In this document: in pieces, positions 18,779 through 27,900 of the stretch
How positions within the stretch are numbered: the stretch's first letter is position 1
How the letters are laid out: the number at the start of each line of letters is the position of its first letter
IMG/VR virus record: IMGVR_UViG_3300042868_002472
Location: 1-57,556 of that record
Strand: one strand, 5' to 3'
Source of the DNA: a virus
Lineage: Duplodnaviria > Caudoviricetes
DNA: 57,556 nt
Notes under the pieces: model-generated
Told to the model about the DNA's origin: nothing
The model's input: the letters and a program-made list of their open reading frames with translations, nothing else
Database searches by the model: none
Made by a program: the position numbers and the translations under genes

Positions 18779-20548
18779 ATGTTTATAATCGATACCGAGG
18801 TCTACTCGGATTATTTCCTACTCTCCATGATGCGCCTAGATGATGGCAAGATCCGTCACTTTGAGATGCACGCCACCGCTGAGCTAGACGTCAAGAAAAT
18901 ACAAAGCCTGTTTAAAAATGAGACAGTCATTAGCTTCAACGGCAACAGCTATGACATACCAATTATCAGCGCAGCCATCGCTGGCTACAGCAATAAAAAA
19001 ATCAAAGACCTGTCTGACAGTATCATCAAGAGCAATCAGCCCAGCTGGACAATATTGCGGGCTCATAGTTTTTCGTTGATTGAGACCAATCATATTGACT
19101 TGATTGAGGTCGCCCCTGGACGGTCCAGCCTTAAGATTTACGGCGGTCGCATGAACGCCCCCAAGATGCAAGACCTACCGATTGATCCAAACAGCACCAT
19201 CTCGCCTAAACAGCGAGCCGAGCTTCGAGAGTATTGTGAGAACGACTTACACACGACCGCCTTACTGTACAAGGCACTGAAACCACAGATTGACTTGCGT
19301 GTTGCCTTGAGTGCGCAGTATGGCATGGACCTACGCAGTAAGAGCGATGCGCAGATTGCCGAGACCGTAATCATCAGCGAGATGACTAAGATCACTAAGC
19401 AAAGTTACGGCAAGGTGGCCGTCAAGGACAACATGACCTTTAGCTACATTGATCCTGGCATCGTAAACTTTACCGACACGAAGCTTAACCTACTGATCAA
19501 CAGCCTGTGCGAGCATAAGTTCACGCTTGGGCTAAACGGTGCCGTGCAGATGCCTGACTGGTTGCGTGACACTAAGATCAACATCGGCAAGAGCGAGTAT
19601 CAGATGGGCATAGGTGGCCTGCACAGTTGCGAGAAGTCGCAGCACATCAAGGCCAACGACGAGCACATGCTGATCGAGCTTGACGTGGCCAGCTACTACC
19701 CTAACATTATATTGCAGCAGCGCCTCGCACCTAAGAACATGGGCGCGACGTTCTTAAAGGTTTACCAAGGCATCGTCACTCGCCGGCTGAAGGCCAAACG
19801 AGATGGCGACAAGGTAACGGCTGACGTGCTTAAGATTGCCGTCAACGGCAGCTTCGGTAAGCTTGGCAGCAAGTACAGCGCGCTGTTCGCGCCTGAGCTA
19901 CTTATACAGACGACCATCACTGGCCAACTTGCGTTGCTGATGCTGATCGAGGCGGTCGAGCTGGCTGGCGCTAAGGTCGTCAGCGCTAACACCGACGGCG
20001 TTGTAATCCTGTGCCCACGCAAGCTAGAGAAGCGCATCGAGGAGGTGGCCTTCGATTGGATGCTGCGCACCTCGTTTGACCTTGAGCGCACAGACTACCG
20101 AGCACTAGCCAGCCGTGACGTGAACAGTTACGTGGCCGTGAAGCTAGACGGCAAGGTGAAGGGGAAGGGCGTCTTTGCTGGTGCCGGCCTAGCCAAGAAC
20201 CCAGACGACCCGATCATCGCGCAGGCGGTGGCCCAGTACGTTGCTAACGGGATCCCGCTAGAGATTACCATACGCAACTGCCGTGACATTACGCAGTTCG
20301 TCACCATACGACGCGTGCAGGGCGGTGCAACGTGGCAAGGTGAGTACCTAGGTAAGGCCGTGCGGTTCTATCACAGCAACGCTGTACCGAGCTCGCAGTG
20401 CATTCATTACGCTAGTAACAGTAATCGCGTGCCTAACTCAGCGGGCGCGAGACCATTGATGCAGTTGCCGTTCACGTTTCCAGAGGACGTTGACTACAAC
20501 TACTACCTGGTTGAGGCTGAGAAACTTTTATGTGAGGTAGGGCTATGA
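18779..20548 (+). CDS. DNA polymerase, family B-like, with 3'-5' exonuclease
   Basis: Exo I DTE, Exo II FNGNSYD, Exo III YCENDL. Polymerase motifs DVASYYP, KIAVNGSFGK and NTDG. Confidence 0.85.
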   Translation: MFIIDTEVYSDYFLLSMMRLDDGKIRHFEMHATAELDVKKIQSLFKNETVISFNGNSYDIPIISAAIAGYSNKKIKDLSDSIIKSNQPSWTILRAHSFSLIETNHIDLIEVAPGRSSLKIYGGRMNAPKMQDLPIDPNSTISPKQRAELREYCENDLHTTALLYKALKPQIDLRVALSAQYGMDLRSKSDAQIAETVIISEMTKITKQSYGKVAVKDNMTFSYIDPGIVNFTDTKLNLLINSLCEHKFTLGLNGAVQMPDWLRDTKINIGKSEYQMGIGGLHSCEKSQHIKANDEHMLIELDVASYYPNIILQQRLAPKNMGATFLKVYQGIVTRRLKAKRDGDKVTADVLKIAVNGSFGKLGSKYSALFAPELLIQTTITGQLALLMLIEAVELAGAKVVSANTDGVVILCPRKLEKRIEEVAFDWMLRTSFDLERTDYRALASRDVNSYVAVKLDGKVKGKGVFAGAGLAKNPDDPIIAQAVAQYVANGIPLEITIRNCRDITQFVTIRRVQGGATWQGEYLGKAVRFYHSNAVPSSQCIHYASNSNRVPNSAGARPLMQLPFTFPEDVDYNYYLVEAEKLLCEVGL

Positions 20549-20814
20549 TATTAGAGCGTGACGTAGAGAAGAAGCTGGTGGCCAGGGTAAAGGCGCTGGG
20601 CGGGATGTGTGAGAAGTTTACCAGCCCAAACAAGCGCAGCGTCCCTGATCGGATTGTCACGCTACCCGGCGGCAGGATTATCTTTGTTGAGTGTAAACGC
20701 CCAGGCGCCAAGCCAACTGAGCTGCAGCTGCGCGATCATGCTGCCAGACGTGAGCTTGGCTGCGACGTGAGGGTCGTCTCTACTGTGGAGGAAGCAAATG
20801 CGTTTCCTGATTGA
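20545..20814 (+). CDS. VRR-NUC domain nuclease (Holliday junction resolvase-like)
   Basis: LERDVE...VPDRIV...FVECKRPG...Q. Confidence 0.85.
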   Translation: MILERDVEKKLVARVKALGGMCEKFTSPNKRSVPDRIVTLPGGRIIFVECKRPGAKPTELQLRDHAARRELGCDVRVVSTVEEANAFPD

Positions 20815-22138
20815 TTTACACCAGTATCAGCTGCACGCGATTGAGTTTATCAAGAAGCAGAAGCGCTGCCTGCTAGCTATCTCGATGGGCCTAGGCAAGA
20901 CCATCTCAACACTGACGGCCATCAACGACTTGATAGACTCGTTCACCATACGCAAGACTCTGATTGTTGCGCCCTTAAGGGTTGCTAACAGTGTCTGGGC
21001 ACAAGAGGCCGAGCTGTGGGACCACACTAAGCATTTAAAGGTTAGTGTCTGCACGGGCAGCGAGAGGCAACGCCTGACGGCGCTTATGCAAGACGCAGAC
21101 ATCTTTGTCATTAACCGTGAGAACATCCATTGGCTAGTGAAGGTACAAAAAAAATGGCGCTTTGATTGTGTCGTGATTGATGAGTCTGACTCGTTCAAGA
21201 ATGCAAGCTCTAAGCGTTTTCGTGCCTTGCGTAAAATACTACCGGAGACCACGCACATGATCCTGCTATCAGGTACGCCTTCGCCAAATGGGCTACTAGA
21301 CATCTGGGCACAGATGTACCTGATTGACTTCGGTGAGCGCTTAGGTAGGACGATGACTTCGTACAAGGATCGCTTCTTCGAGCAGGATTACATGGGCTAC
21401 AACTACACGCCAAGAGAAGGCAGCGCCGATAAGATTCATAATTTACTCAGAGACAAGGTGCTTAGCATGAGCAGCGAGGACTACCTTGAGCTGCCGGATC
21501 GGATCGATTTAACAATGTCGGTGGAGTTGCCATCAAAAACGTTGCTTGATTATAAAGAGTTTGAGACCACACTGCTGGCGACACTGCCAGACGGCGAGGA
21601 GATCGAGGCCATGAACGCGGCGGTGTTGGCCGGTAAGCTGTTGCAGTACGCCAACGGCGCGATGTACACGGACGAGCTGCACAACTGGACACACATCCAT
21701 GAGGTTAAGCTGGACGCGTTGGCCGAGGTTATTGAGAACAACGAGGGTGAGAACATCCTGGTGGCGTACAACTTTAAGCACGACCTGATGAGATTGCAGC
21801 AGCGCTTCCCTGGCGGCGTTGTGTTAGACAAGGACCCAGACACAATCACAAGGTGGCAGCAGGGTAAGATCAAGCTATTGTTTGCCCATCCGCAGAGCGC
21901 TGGCCACGGTATCAATCTACAGGCTGGTGGGTGTGTGGCCGTTTGGTTTGGCCTGACGTGGTCATTAGGCCACTATCAACAGTTTAACGCGAGGCTGCAC
22001 AGGCAAGGACAAGGTCGCCCGGTGCGTATTATTCACATCATTGCTGCCGACACAATCGATGAGCGAGTGGTGTCAGTACTGAGTTTGAAGGGTGCCGTGC
22101 AAAATAATTTACTGAATGCGTTAAAAAGACCAAAATAA
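20798..22138 (+). CDS. SNF2-family SF2 helicase
   Basis: MGLGKT, IDES, LSGTP, GHGINLQ and QFNARLHRQGQ. Confidence 0.9.
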   Translation: MRFLIDLHQYQLHAIEFIKKQKRCLLAISMGLGKTISTLTAINDLIDSFTIRKTLIVAPLRVANSVWAQEAELWDHTKHLKVSVCTGSERQRLTALMQDADIFVINRENIHWLVKVQKKWRFDCVVIDESDSFKNASSKRFRALRKILPETTHMILLSGTPSPNGLLDIWAQMYLIDFGERLGRTMTSYKDRFFEQDYMGYNYTPREGSADKIHNLLRDKVLSMSSEDYLELPDRIDLTMSVELPSKTLLDYKEFETTLLATLPDGEEIEAMNAAVLAGKLLQYANGAMYTDELHNWTHIHEVKLDALAEVIENNEGENILVAYNFKHDLMRLQQRFPGGVVLDKDPDTITRWQQGKIKLLFAHPQSAGHGINLQAGGCVAVWFGLTWSLGHYQQFNARLHRQGQGRPVRIIHIIAADTIDERVVSVLSLKGAVQNNLLNALKRPK

Positions 22139-22220
22139 GTGTTGCGTTTATCTCAACAGTCTGTATAATCGTTTTTGTGGTTGGACAACACAATAAAAGG
22201 TTAAAAGGAGAAATAAAATG
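22132..22220 (+). promoter_or_regulatory. early promoter/leader cassette, copy 2
   Basis: TTGCGT(22142)-N16-TATAAT(22164). Near-duplicate of 13198-13286. Confidence 0.75.
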
Positions 22221-22649
22221 GCTTATGTATCAAACGAAAAGAAATCACAAATTCAAGCGGCATTAAAACCCGTATTTAAAAAGTACGGCATTAAAGCTAC
22301 TGTCGGTCGTAATTCTTATAAATCAACGTTAGTTGTAAACTTGTCTGCCGGCGACATTGATTTTGGTACTGAGTACCAACAGGTCAATACTTATTGGGTA
22401 GATGATCACTACAGCGGTGTCGCCAAAGACTTCTTAAATGAAGTGCTAGACACCATTAAGCAAGCCGGTGAGTGGTATGACGAATCTAACGCACAGATCG
22501 ATTACTTCAACACCGCATTTTATATTGATATCAATGTTGGCCGTTGGGACAAACCATACAAGTACAACAACGCTAACTTGTTGGACGATGTTTTACAGTT
22601 CAAGGCATTAAAAGAGCTCGGCAAACTTCAATTAATTTATGTAAGATAA
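22218..22649 (+). CDS. early hypothetical protein (LPD29-like)
   Basis: WYDESNAQIDYFNTAFYIDINVG motif and AAGGAG RBS. The family call is from memory of the DYF motif only. Confidence 0.55.
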   Translation: MAYVSNEKKSQIQAALKPVFKKYGIKATVGRNSYKSTLVVNLSAGDIDFGTEYQQVNTYWVDDHYSGVAKDFLNEVLDTIKQAGEWYDESNAQIDYFNTAFYIDINVGRWDKPYKYNNANLLDDVLQFKALKELGKLQLIYVR

Positions 22650-22659
22650 GGGAGCTATC

Positions 22660-22773
22660 ATGACTGACATCAATGAACAGCTAGCTAAAATTATTCGTCA
22701 AATACAAGCGGCTCGTAAAGAGTTTGAGGAACTAGAAACGCGCATGGCGCAAAGGGAGAAAGATCATGAGTGA
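22660..22773 (+). CDS. small coiled-coil protein (37 aa, not in ORF track)
   Basis: MTDINEQLAKIIRQIQAARKEFEELETRMAQREKDHE*. GGGAG RBS. Confidence 0.55.
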   Translation: MTDINEQLAKIIRQIQAARKEFEELETRMAQREKDHE

Positions 22774-22939
22774 TGTTGATTACGCAAAACAAATTGAGCA
22801 CCTAGGCAAGAACATGACCGAAGCTGAACGACAATCAGCAATCATCAACGGTCTTCAAAACAACATTGCTGTTTTGATAGACTGGGTTCAACGCTTAGAT
22901 TTACGTTTACAACACCTTGAGGAGAAAAAAGATGAGTAA
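22766..22939 (+). CDS. small hypothetical protein (57 aa, not in ORF track)
   Basis: MSDVDYAKQIEHLGKN...LEEKKDE*. GGGAG RBS, overlaps neighbours. Confidence 0.55.
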   Translation: MSDVDYAKQIEHLGKNMTEAERQSAIINGLQNNIAVLIDWVQRLDLRLQHLEEKKDE

Positions 22940-23111
22940 CTATCGTCAACCTTGGGATAAGAGCAATTACCAATTTAATCGCCAGGACGAATGGACCGGC
23001 GCTACATTTGCAGAAGAAGACCATTGGGACGCAGATCATGTGCGTCTCTATACTGGCCGCTGGATTATGGTTTGCTTAGTAGCTTTGGGTGCGTTGTTAT
23101 GGATAATGTAG
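22932..23111 (+). CDS. small protein with C-terminal transmembrane helix
   Basis: MSNYRQPW... ending WIMVCLVALGALLWIM. GAGGAG RBS before ATG 22932. Confidence 0.6.
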   Translation: MSNYRQPWDKSNYQFNRQDEWTGATFAEEDHWDADHVRLYTGRWIMVCLVALGALLWIM

Positions 23112-23485
23112 CGACGTTTATTAAGTCGGCAACTAAGACTGATGCTATCGCTAAGGTGCGCATGGAGCTGTACACAGAGATCCTTATAGCTGACCGTACA
23201 GGCAAGAGTTTGATGGCCCAAGGCTTTAGTCGGTCTGACATTCAATACAGCATGCAGGTGCTTGTTAAAGAGGGGCTTGTTTTTAAGTATGGCGTAGGTG
23301 TAAATACATATTATTCTGTGACCAAAAACGAAAGCCAAGAGCGATCTAAAAGATTAGATCCGGTTGTTATTCCAGAGCAATACGTTGGCAATTTAAAGTT
23401 AGGGTTTAGGATGGGTTACACTGACATCCCACCAGGTAAAGGCAAAGTATTTAAAGGAGCACTAAGTGTCTACGAAAAATCGTAA
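23099..23485 (+). CDS. hypothetical protein, possible winged-HTH
   Basis: Likely start MDNVATF. SRSDIQYSMQVLVKEGLVFKYG...YYS resembles a wHTH. Confidence 0.5.
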   Translation: MDNVATFIKSATKTDAIAKVRMELYTEILIADRTGKSLMAQGFSRSDIQYSMQVLVKEGLVFKYGVGVNTYYSVTKNESQERSKRLDPVVIPEQYVGNLKLGFRMGYTDIPPGKGKVFKGALSVYEKS

Positions 23486-23657
23486 TCCAATCACTGGGGA
23501 TAAAATTATTACAAAACCTAAGTCAAATGCGTTTGACGACAATTTTGATTTAATTTTTCGTAGCTCTAAACCAGACTTTACGCCAGAGGAAAGGGCTACG
23601 TTTAAATGGTCTAACGAAGAACAACTTAGGAAAAAACAAAATGCAGATAAGGCGTAG
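23466..23657 (+). CDS. hypothetical protein
   Basis: GTG start after AAGGAG. NPITGDKIITK...FDDNFDLIF. Confidence 0.55.
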   Translation: MSTKNRNPITGDKIITKPKSNAFDDNFDLIFRSSKPDFTPEERATFKWSNEEQLRKKQNADKA

Positions 23658-23811
23658 GTATGCCAAGACTATTATGGCTAGCATGCGTCGAGATCATTTG
23701 CCACACAATGTTAGATTTTTAGCGCATGCGGCTTTTACAACACGCATGAAATACGGTCGCTACGCTTGCACATACAGGTGGCACTTTAAAGGAAAAATAC
23801 ATGAACAATAA
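23641..23811 (+). CDS. small basic protein (56 aa, not in ORF track)
   Basis: MQIRRRYAKTIMASMRRDHLP...GKIHEQ*. AGGA RBS. Confidence 0.5.
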   Translation: MQIRRRYAKTIMASMRRDHLPHNVRFLAHAAFTTRMKYGRYACTYRWHFKGKIHEQ

Positions 23812-23977
23812 ACACAGCAGAGCAACAGTAGTGGTAGCGGTGTTGATGATAATTTGTATGCTGTCATTATGCTACGGATTTTATAGGTTACTATTGTCGC
23901 CAATAAAAGGTCAAGAGTGTGCAATCGAAGTGCAATTTAAAGACAGCCGAGCAACTTACATAGGAACCACGGTATGA
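23801..23977 (+). CDS. small membrane protein (58 aa, not in ORF track)
   Basis: MNNKHSRATVVVAVLMIICMLSLCYGFYRLLL...YIGTTV*. AAGGA RBS, ATGA overlap. Confidence 0.55.
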   Translation: MNNKHSRATVVVAVLMIICMLSLCYGFYRLLLSPIKGQECAIEVQFKDSRATYIGTTV

Positions 23978-24180
23978 CAGAGCCATGCGAAATATGCGGA
24001 GCCAAGGATGCTCAGATTTTTCAACTCACTGCGCACATTGCACGGTTGACGCAAATGATGGCGCAAGATCATGAGCTTATTATGATTTTAAAATATGAAT
24101 TAACTTTAGAAAGAGAAAAAAATGACAGACGAACAAATGAAAGAGCTGCGCGACTTACTACTGAAAGCGCAACAACATAA
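23974..24180 (+). CDS. hypothetical protein (CxxC plus coiled coil)
   Basis: ORF track. Coupled start. Confidence 0.5.
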   Translation: MTEPCEICGAKDAQIFQLTAHIARLTQMMAQDHELIMILKYELTLEREKNDRRTNERAARLTTESATT

Positions 24181-24195
24181 AAAAGGAGAAACAAA

Positions 24196-24426
24196 ATGAG
24201 CGGATACATAACGGCATCAACTTTAATTTCTAACGCGTTGCACCAAGCATATCAAGAAGGCGCAAACCTTGACGAGGTGTACGCAGCCTTGTCAGTACAA
24301 AAGGAAGTAACGTCTGTGCATTTAGCACAAGCGGCGTTGCATCAACAGTCAGTGCTAGCGCAACAAGCGCAAGAGCAAGCTGACCTTAAAAAAGACACAG
24401 ATGGAGAAAACAATGGCACCCACTAG
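24196..24426 (+). CDS. hypothetical protein
   Basis: AAGGAG RBS. ORF track. Confidence 0.6.
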   Translation: MSGYITASTLISNALHQAYQEGANLDEVYAALSVQKEVTSVHLAQAALHQQSVLAQQAQEQADLKKDTDGENNGTH

Positions 24427-24565
24427 ACAAGAATTAATTTTAAGTTTTATGCATTCACTAGCAAGCAATCCTGAATTATTAAACCCAGGCACATCAAGGG
24501 CACCGGAACGTATTATTAACATGGCTATGGCATTAGCCGATGAGTACCTAAAAAGCTTGGAATGA
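24413..24565 (+). CDS. small hypothetical protein (50 aa, not in ORF track)
   Basis: MAPTRQELILSFMHSLASNP...ALADEYLKSLE*. GGAG RBS. Confidence 0.55.
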   Translation: MAPTRQELILSFMHSLASNPELLNPGTSRAPERIINMAMALADEYLKSLE

Positions 24566-24753
24566 ATAATTTAAAGCAACTGATTGAAGACTGCCGATCA
24601 GTTGGAATAGAAATACCTGAAAAATTAAGTGAAAGCGATTACGAAGTGCTTTTTGCAATTCAGGCGATAGTGTTCCTACAAATCGGCAGAATTCAGCCAC
24701 CTACAACAAATAATTTTTCTATGGTCAATGCTAGGACATTAGAAATAACATAA
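24562..24753 (+). CDS. hypothetical protein
   Basis: ATGA overlap with the previous ORF. Confidence 0.5.
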   Translation: MNNLKQLIEDCRSVGIEIPEKLSESDYEVLFAIQAIVFLQIGRIQPPTTNNFSMVNARTLEIT

Positions 24754-24796
24754 AACCAGCCAATGGCCCTAAAAATGACCAGTACGGGCATTTGGG

Positions 24797-24994
24797 GTGA
24801 AAAAGGAGAAAGATATGACAATATTTAATAAAAAAATACCAACACCAGCAGAAATTCAATGGCATAAGGACCGTCAAGATGAGCGCTGGGAGAAACGCGT
24901 TGAATACCTTGAATGGCAGTTTAGTAAACGCAGCGTTATTCTTCCAAGGCAAATTGCTTATTTAAACGCTCTTGCTTCATGTAAAGCCGTTTAA
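24797..24994 (+). CDS. hypothetical protein
   Basis: ORF track. The internal AAGGAG suggests the true start is MTIFNKK. Confidence 0.5.
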   Translation: MKKEKDMTIFNKKIPTPAEIQWHKDRQDERWEKRVEYLEWQFSKRSVILPRQIAYLNALASCKAV

Positions 24995-27900
24995 CGCCAA
25001 TCTTCCGGTACGGCATTAGGTGATAAGAAAACGGCTGGCACTATTCCGGCCTCAGCTGCTTTTCTTAATCCAGCCCAGCCGTCTTTAGCAAATATTTCCC
25101 TTGCTCTAACCATATCTTCTCTAACTTTACCTAAACCTGCTTCTTCAGCAGTTAAATCGCGAGCAGTTCTTGCTTTAACTGTATCACGATAAAGTTGACT
25201 TCCTTCTAATTTAGATCCAGTTACTGGAGCAGCGTCTATATATTTTAATAATTCTTTTGTTACTGACCCTGGAACACCAGAACTCCAAGCATCACCGTAA
25301 TCAATATACTTAGATTTTAATGCACCAAAATCTGTTTTTGTATTAGAAAAAATATTTTTGTTGTTTTTTAATATTTGTCGAATATCATTAGAAAAATCTT
25401 TACCAACTGGCGTATTAGAATTTGTCATAACCGTTACCCCATCAGGTGCGCTAGCTATGTAGTAGCCTTTGCTTTCAAACAATGGTGCTACTTTTTCCAT
25501 ATCTGCTTTTGTAAAGTCCCTGCCAAAATCAATAGTTACACCAGTATAAGCATCGGCATTTTTAGCAGGCATAAGTTTATGCCATGCCGCAGCTTCTTGT
25601 GCATCAAAGTACGCTCTAGATGCTTCTACTGCATTTAAAGCGCCTTCTGATCCCGGCGTCATAGCTCGTTCACCAGCGGCTGTTGTTTCAGTACCAATCA
25701 CAGGACGTGCAACAAATGCTGGATTAGCTGAATCTTTAAATCTACCGACAGTATAAGAAGACTCACCTGGCAATAAACCAGATACAGTATATCCAATGTC
25801 TCTACCAGAAGCCGATGTATCCCATGATCCGCTAGGATCAAATGTATATTTTAAACGCTCTTCAAAAGGAGCATCAAGTAGTCCTTGCAAATGTCCTGTT
25901 ACTGGCGAGCTTACTGATTCGTATGTTGCATTTGCTTCGTGCAACGGCAAATAATCAGCATACGATTTTGCAGCATCTCCAGCAGAGATGTCGCCTCGTC
26001 TAATTTTATTTCCAGACCATGCTGCTGCTTGTGCATTACCAGTACCCCAGTCATTAAACCCACCAAGATTTGTTTGATTTGCTTTATCAATAGCACGAGC
26101 TCGTATTTCATCCATAAATGAATGTTGCGTTGCCCCAGCAACTTTACCTGTTGGATACCCCATTAATTCGGCTTCATGCATATCGTTAACACCACGACCA
26201 ATTCTTTCTGGAGCATAAGCAACGCCCAATTGTGTTGCAAACGGATCGCGTTTATGCCCAAGGTATTCTGCTTGCCCTGCGTCATACATTGCTTGTAATG
26301 GTGGCGAATCTTTACTTGGGAATCGACCTGTTTTAATAGGATCGCCGGTTGCTGCTTGAATATGCGCTTTAGCGGACATTGATGTATTGCCACCAACATT
26401 ATTTGCTCTACTTAAAATAGCAATGTTTTGAGCTAACAAATCAGCTTCTGTCATATTGTGACCAGTTCGATCCCAAATATCTTTACTTGAATCGGTATAA
26501 AAATTTCTACCTGGTAAGCCTTGCTCCATACCTTTAACATAATCATTTACTAAAGCACCAAGTGCCTGTGGCGAATCAATACCTGGAGGTGCGCCAACAT
26601 ACTGACCTGTTTTTTTGTTTGTTCTACTAGCGCGAGTAACTTCTGCGCCTCTGTCGTTTGTTCTTATTGTTTTACCTTTATCTTTTTCAACAATATTCAT
26701 TCTAGGTTCAACCATGTACTTACCAATACCAGTACCCGCTTCATATTGTGACGCTAGTTCGTTAAATAATTTTTTGCCGCCAGCTTTAACTAAAGGTAGC
26801 CCTGCTTTTGCAGCAGATACTATTGGCACTTCAATACCAGCCAGGTTAAGAAAATCTAACGCTCTAATATCACCGTATGGATCTGTATGCATCATCCCAC
26901 CAGTGGCTGGGTTAGGTACCCACTTATTACCAAGCACTGGTCCAGGCATGCCGGCAGTAGTATAGTCATACAGTGCCTCTGGCATTTGACCAATTAAAAA
27001 ATCACCTACATCTAATTTGCTGCTTTTTGGATAGAGCACACTTTCATCAAACGCCGGGCTACTATTTAATGCATCTCTTAACTTTTCTAAACCCTTAGAT
27101 GCCAAACGACCTGCACCACCAATATATTTGTCAGCCAGTCTGTCTCTTTGTGCAACCATGTTACGAACCACGTTGCCCTCGTCTGAAATAACGGGTGACC
27201 GCATGTCGCTGTTGCTGTCATCTAATCTATGGCCATAATACTCAACTAGCTCATCGATGTCTTTGCCCTTGTTGCCACCTTCGGCGTATCCTTTTACGGC
27301 ACCACCTAATCCAAATTTAGCAGGTGATTTTTCTTCTTCATTAGAGTCACGGTAGTAGTTAATGGCTGGCGCAGCAAGTGAAGTCAAACCACCGATAACT
27401 TTAAGACCCGCACCAACTGGACCAATAGGCGGCACCATAGACAATGCACCACCAAGGGCACCAACACCACTGATTGCTGCGCCTGGGTAGTCGCCTTGTT
27501 TAAAGCGCTCACCGGCCTCAACTAAATCTAAACCCGCACCAGCGCCCGGCAACATAGACATGCCAGGTATTCTGCTTAAGTAACGAGCGACGTTTGTACC
27601 AAGGCCTGGTAACTTCTTAGCTTTTGCATTGGCGTAGTCTTGTTTGGCCACATCTAAGTTTGCTTGCGCCGTTGTTTTACCAGTCGGGCCTTTTTCTGTT
27701 AAGTTGCGTAAGCGCTCGGCTTCTTTTTGAGCAGCGGTTTCAGCATTTTCGGCAGCCTTAGCTAAACGTTGGTACTCTGCATCAGCAGCGGCCAATTGTT
27801 TTTGCGCAGCAATTTGTTCAGGATTATAGACAGACGCACCTGCGTACTTATCAGGAACAATCAAACGTGATTTTTGTGAGTAGCCAGAGCCAGCCGCCTC

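Noticed and set aside
10740-20548. Inteins in terminase, helicase or polymerase
   Set aside because: Lengths and motif spacing are normal, and no intein-like insertions with HN-C/S/T ends were seen.
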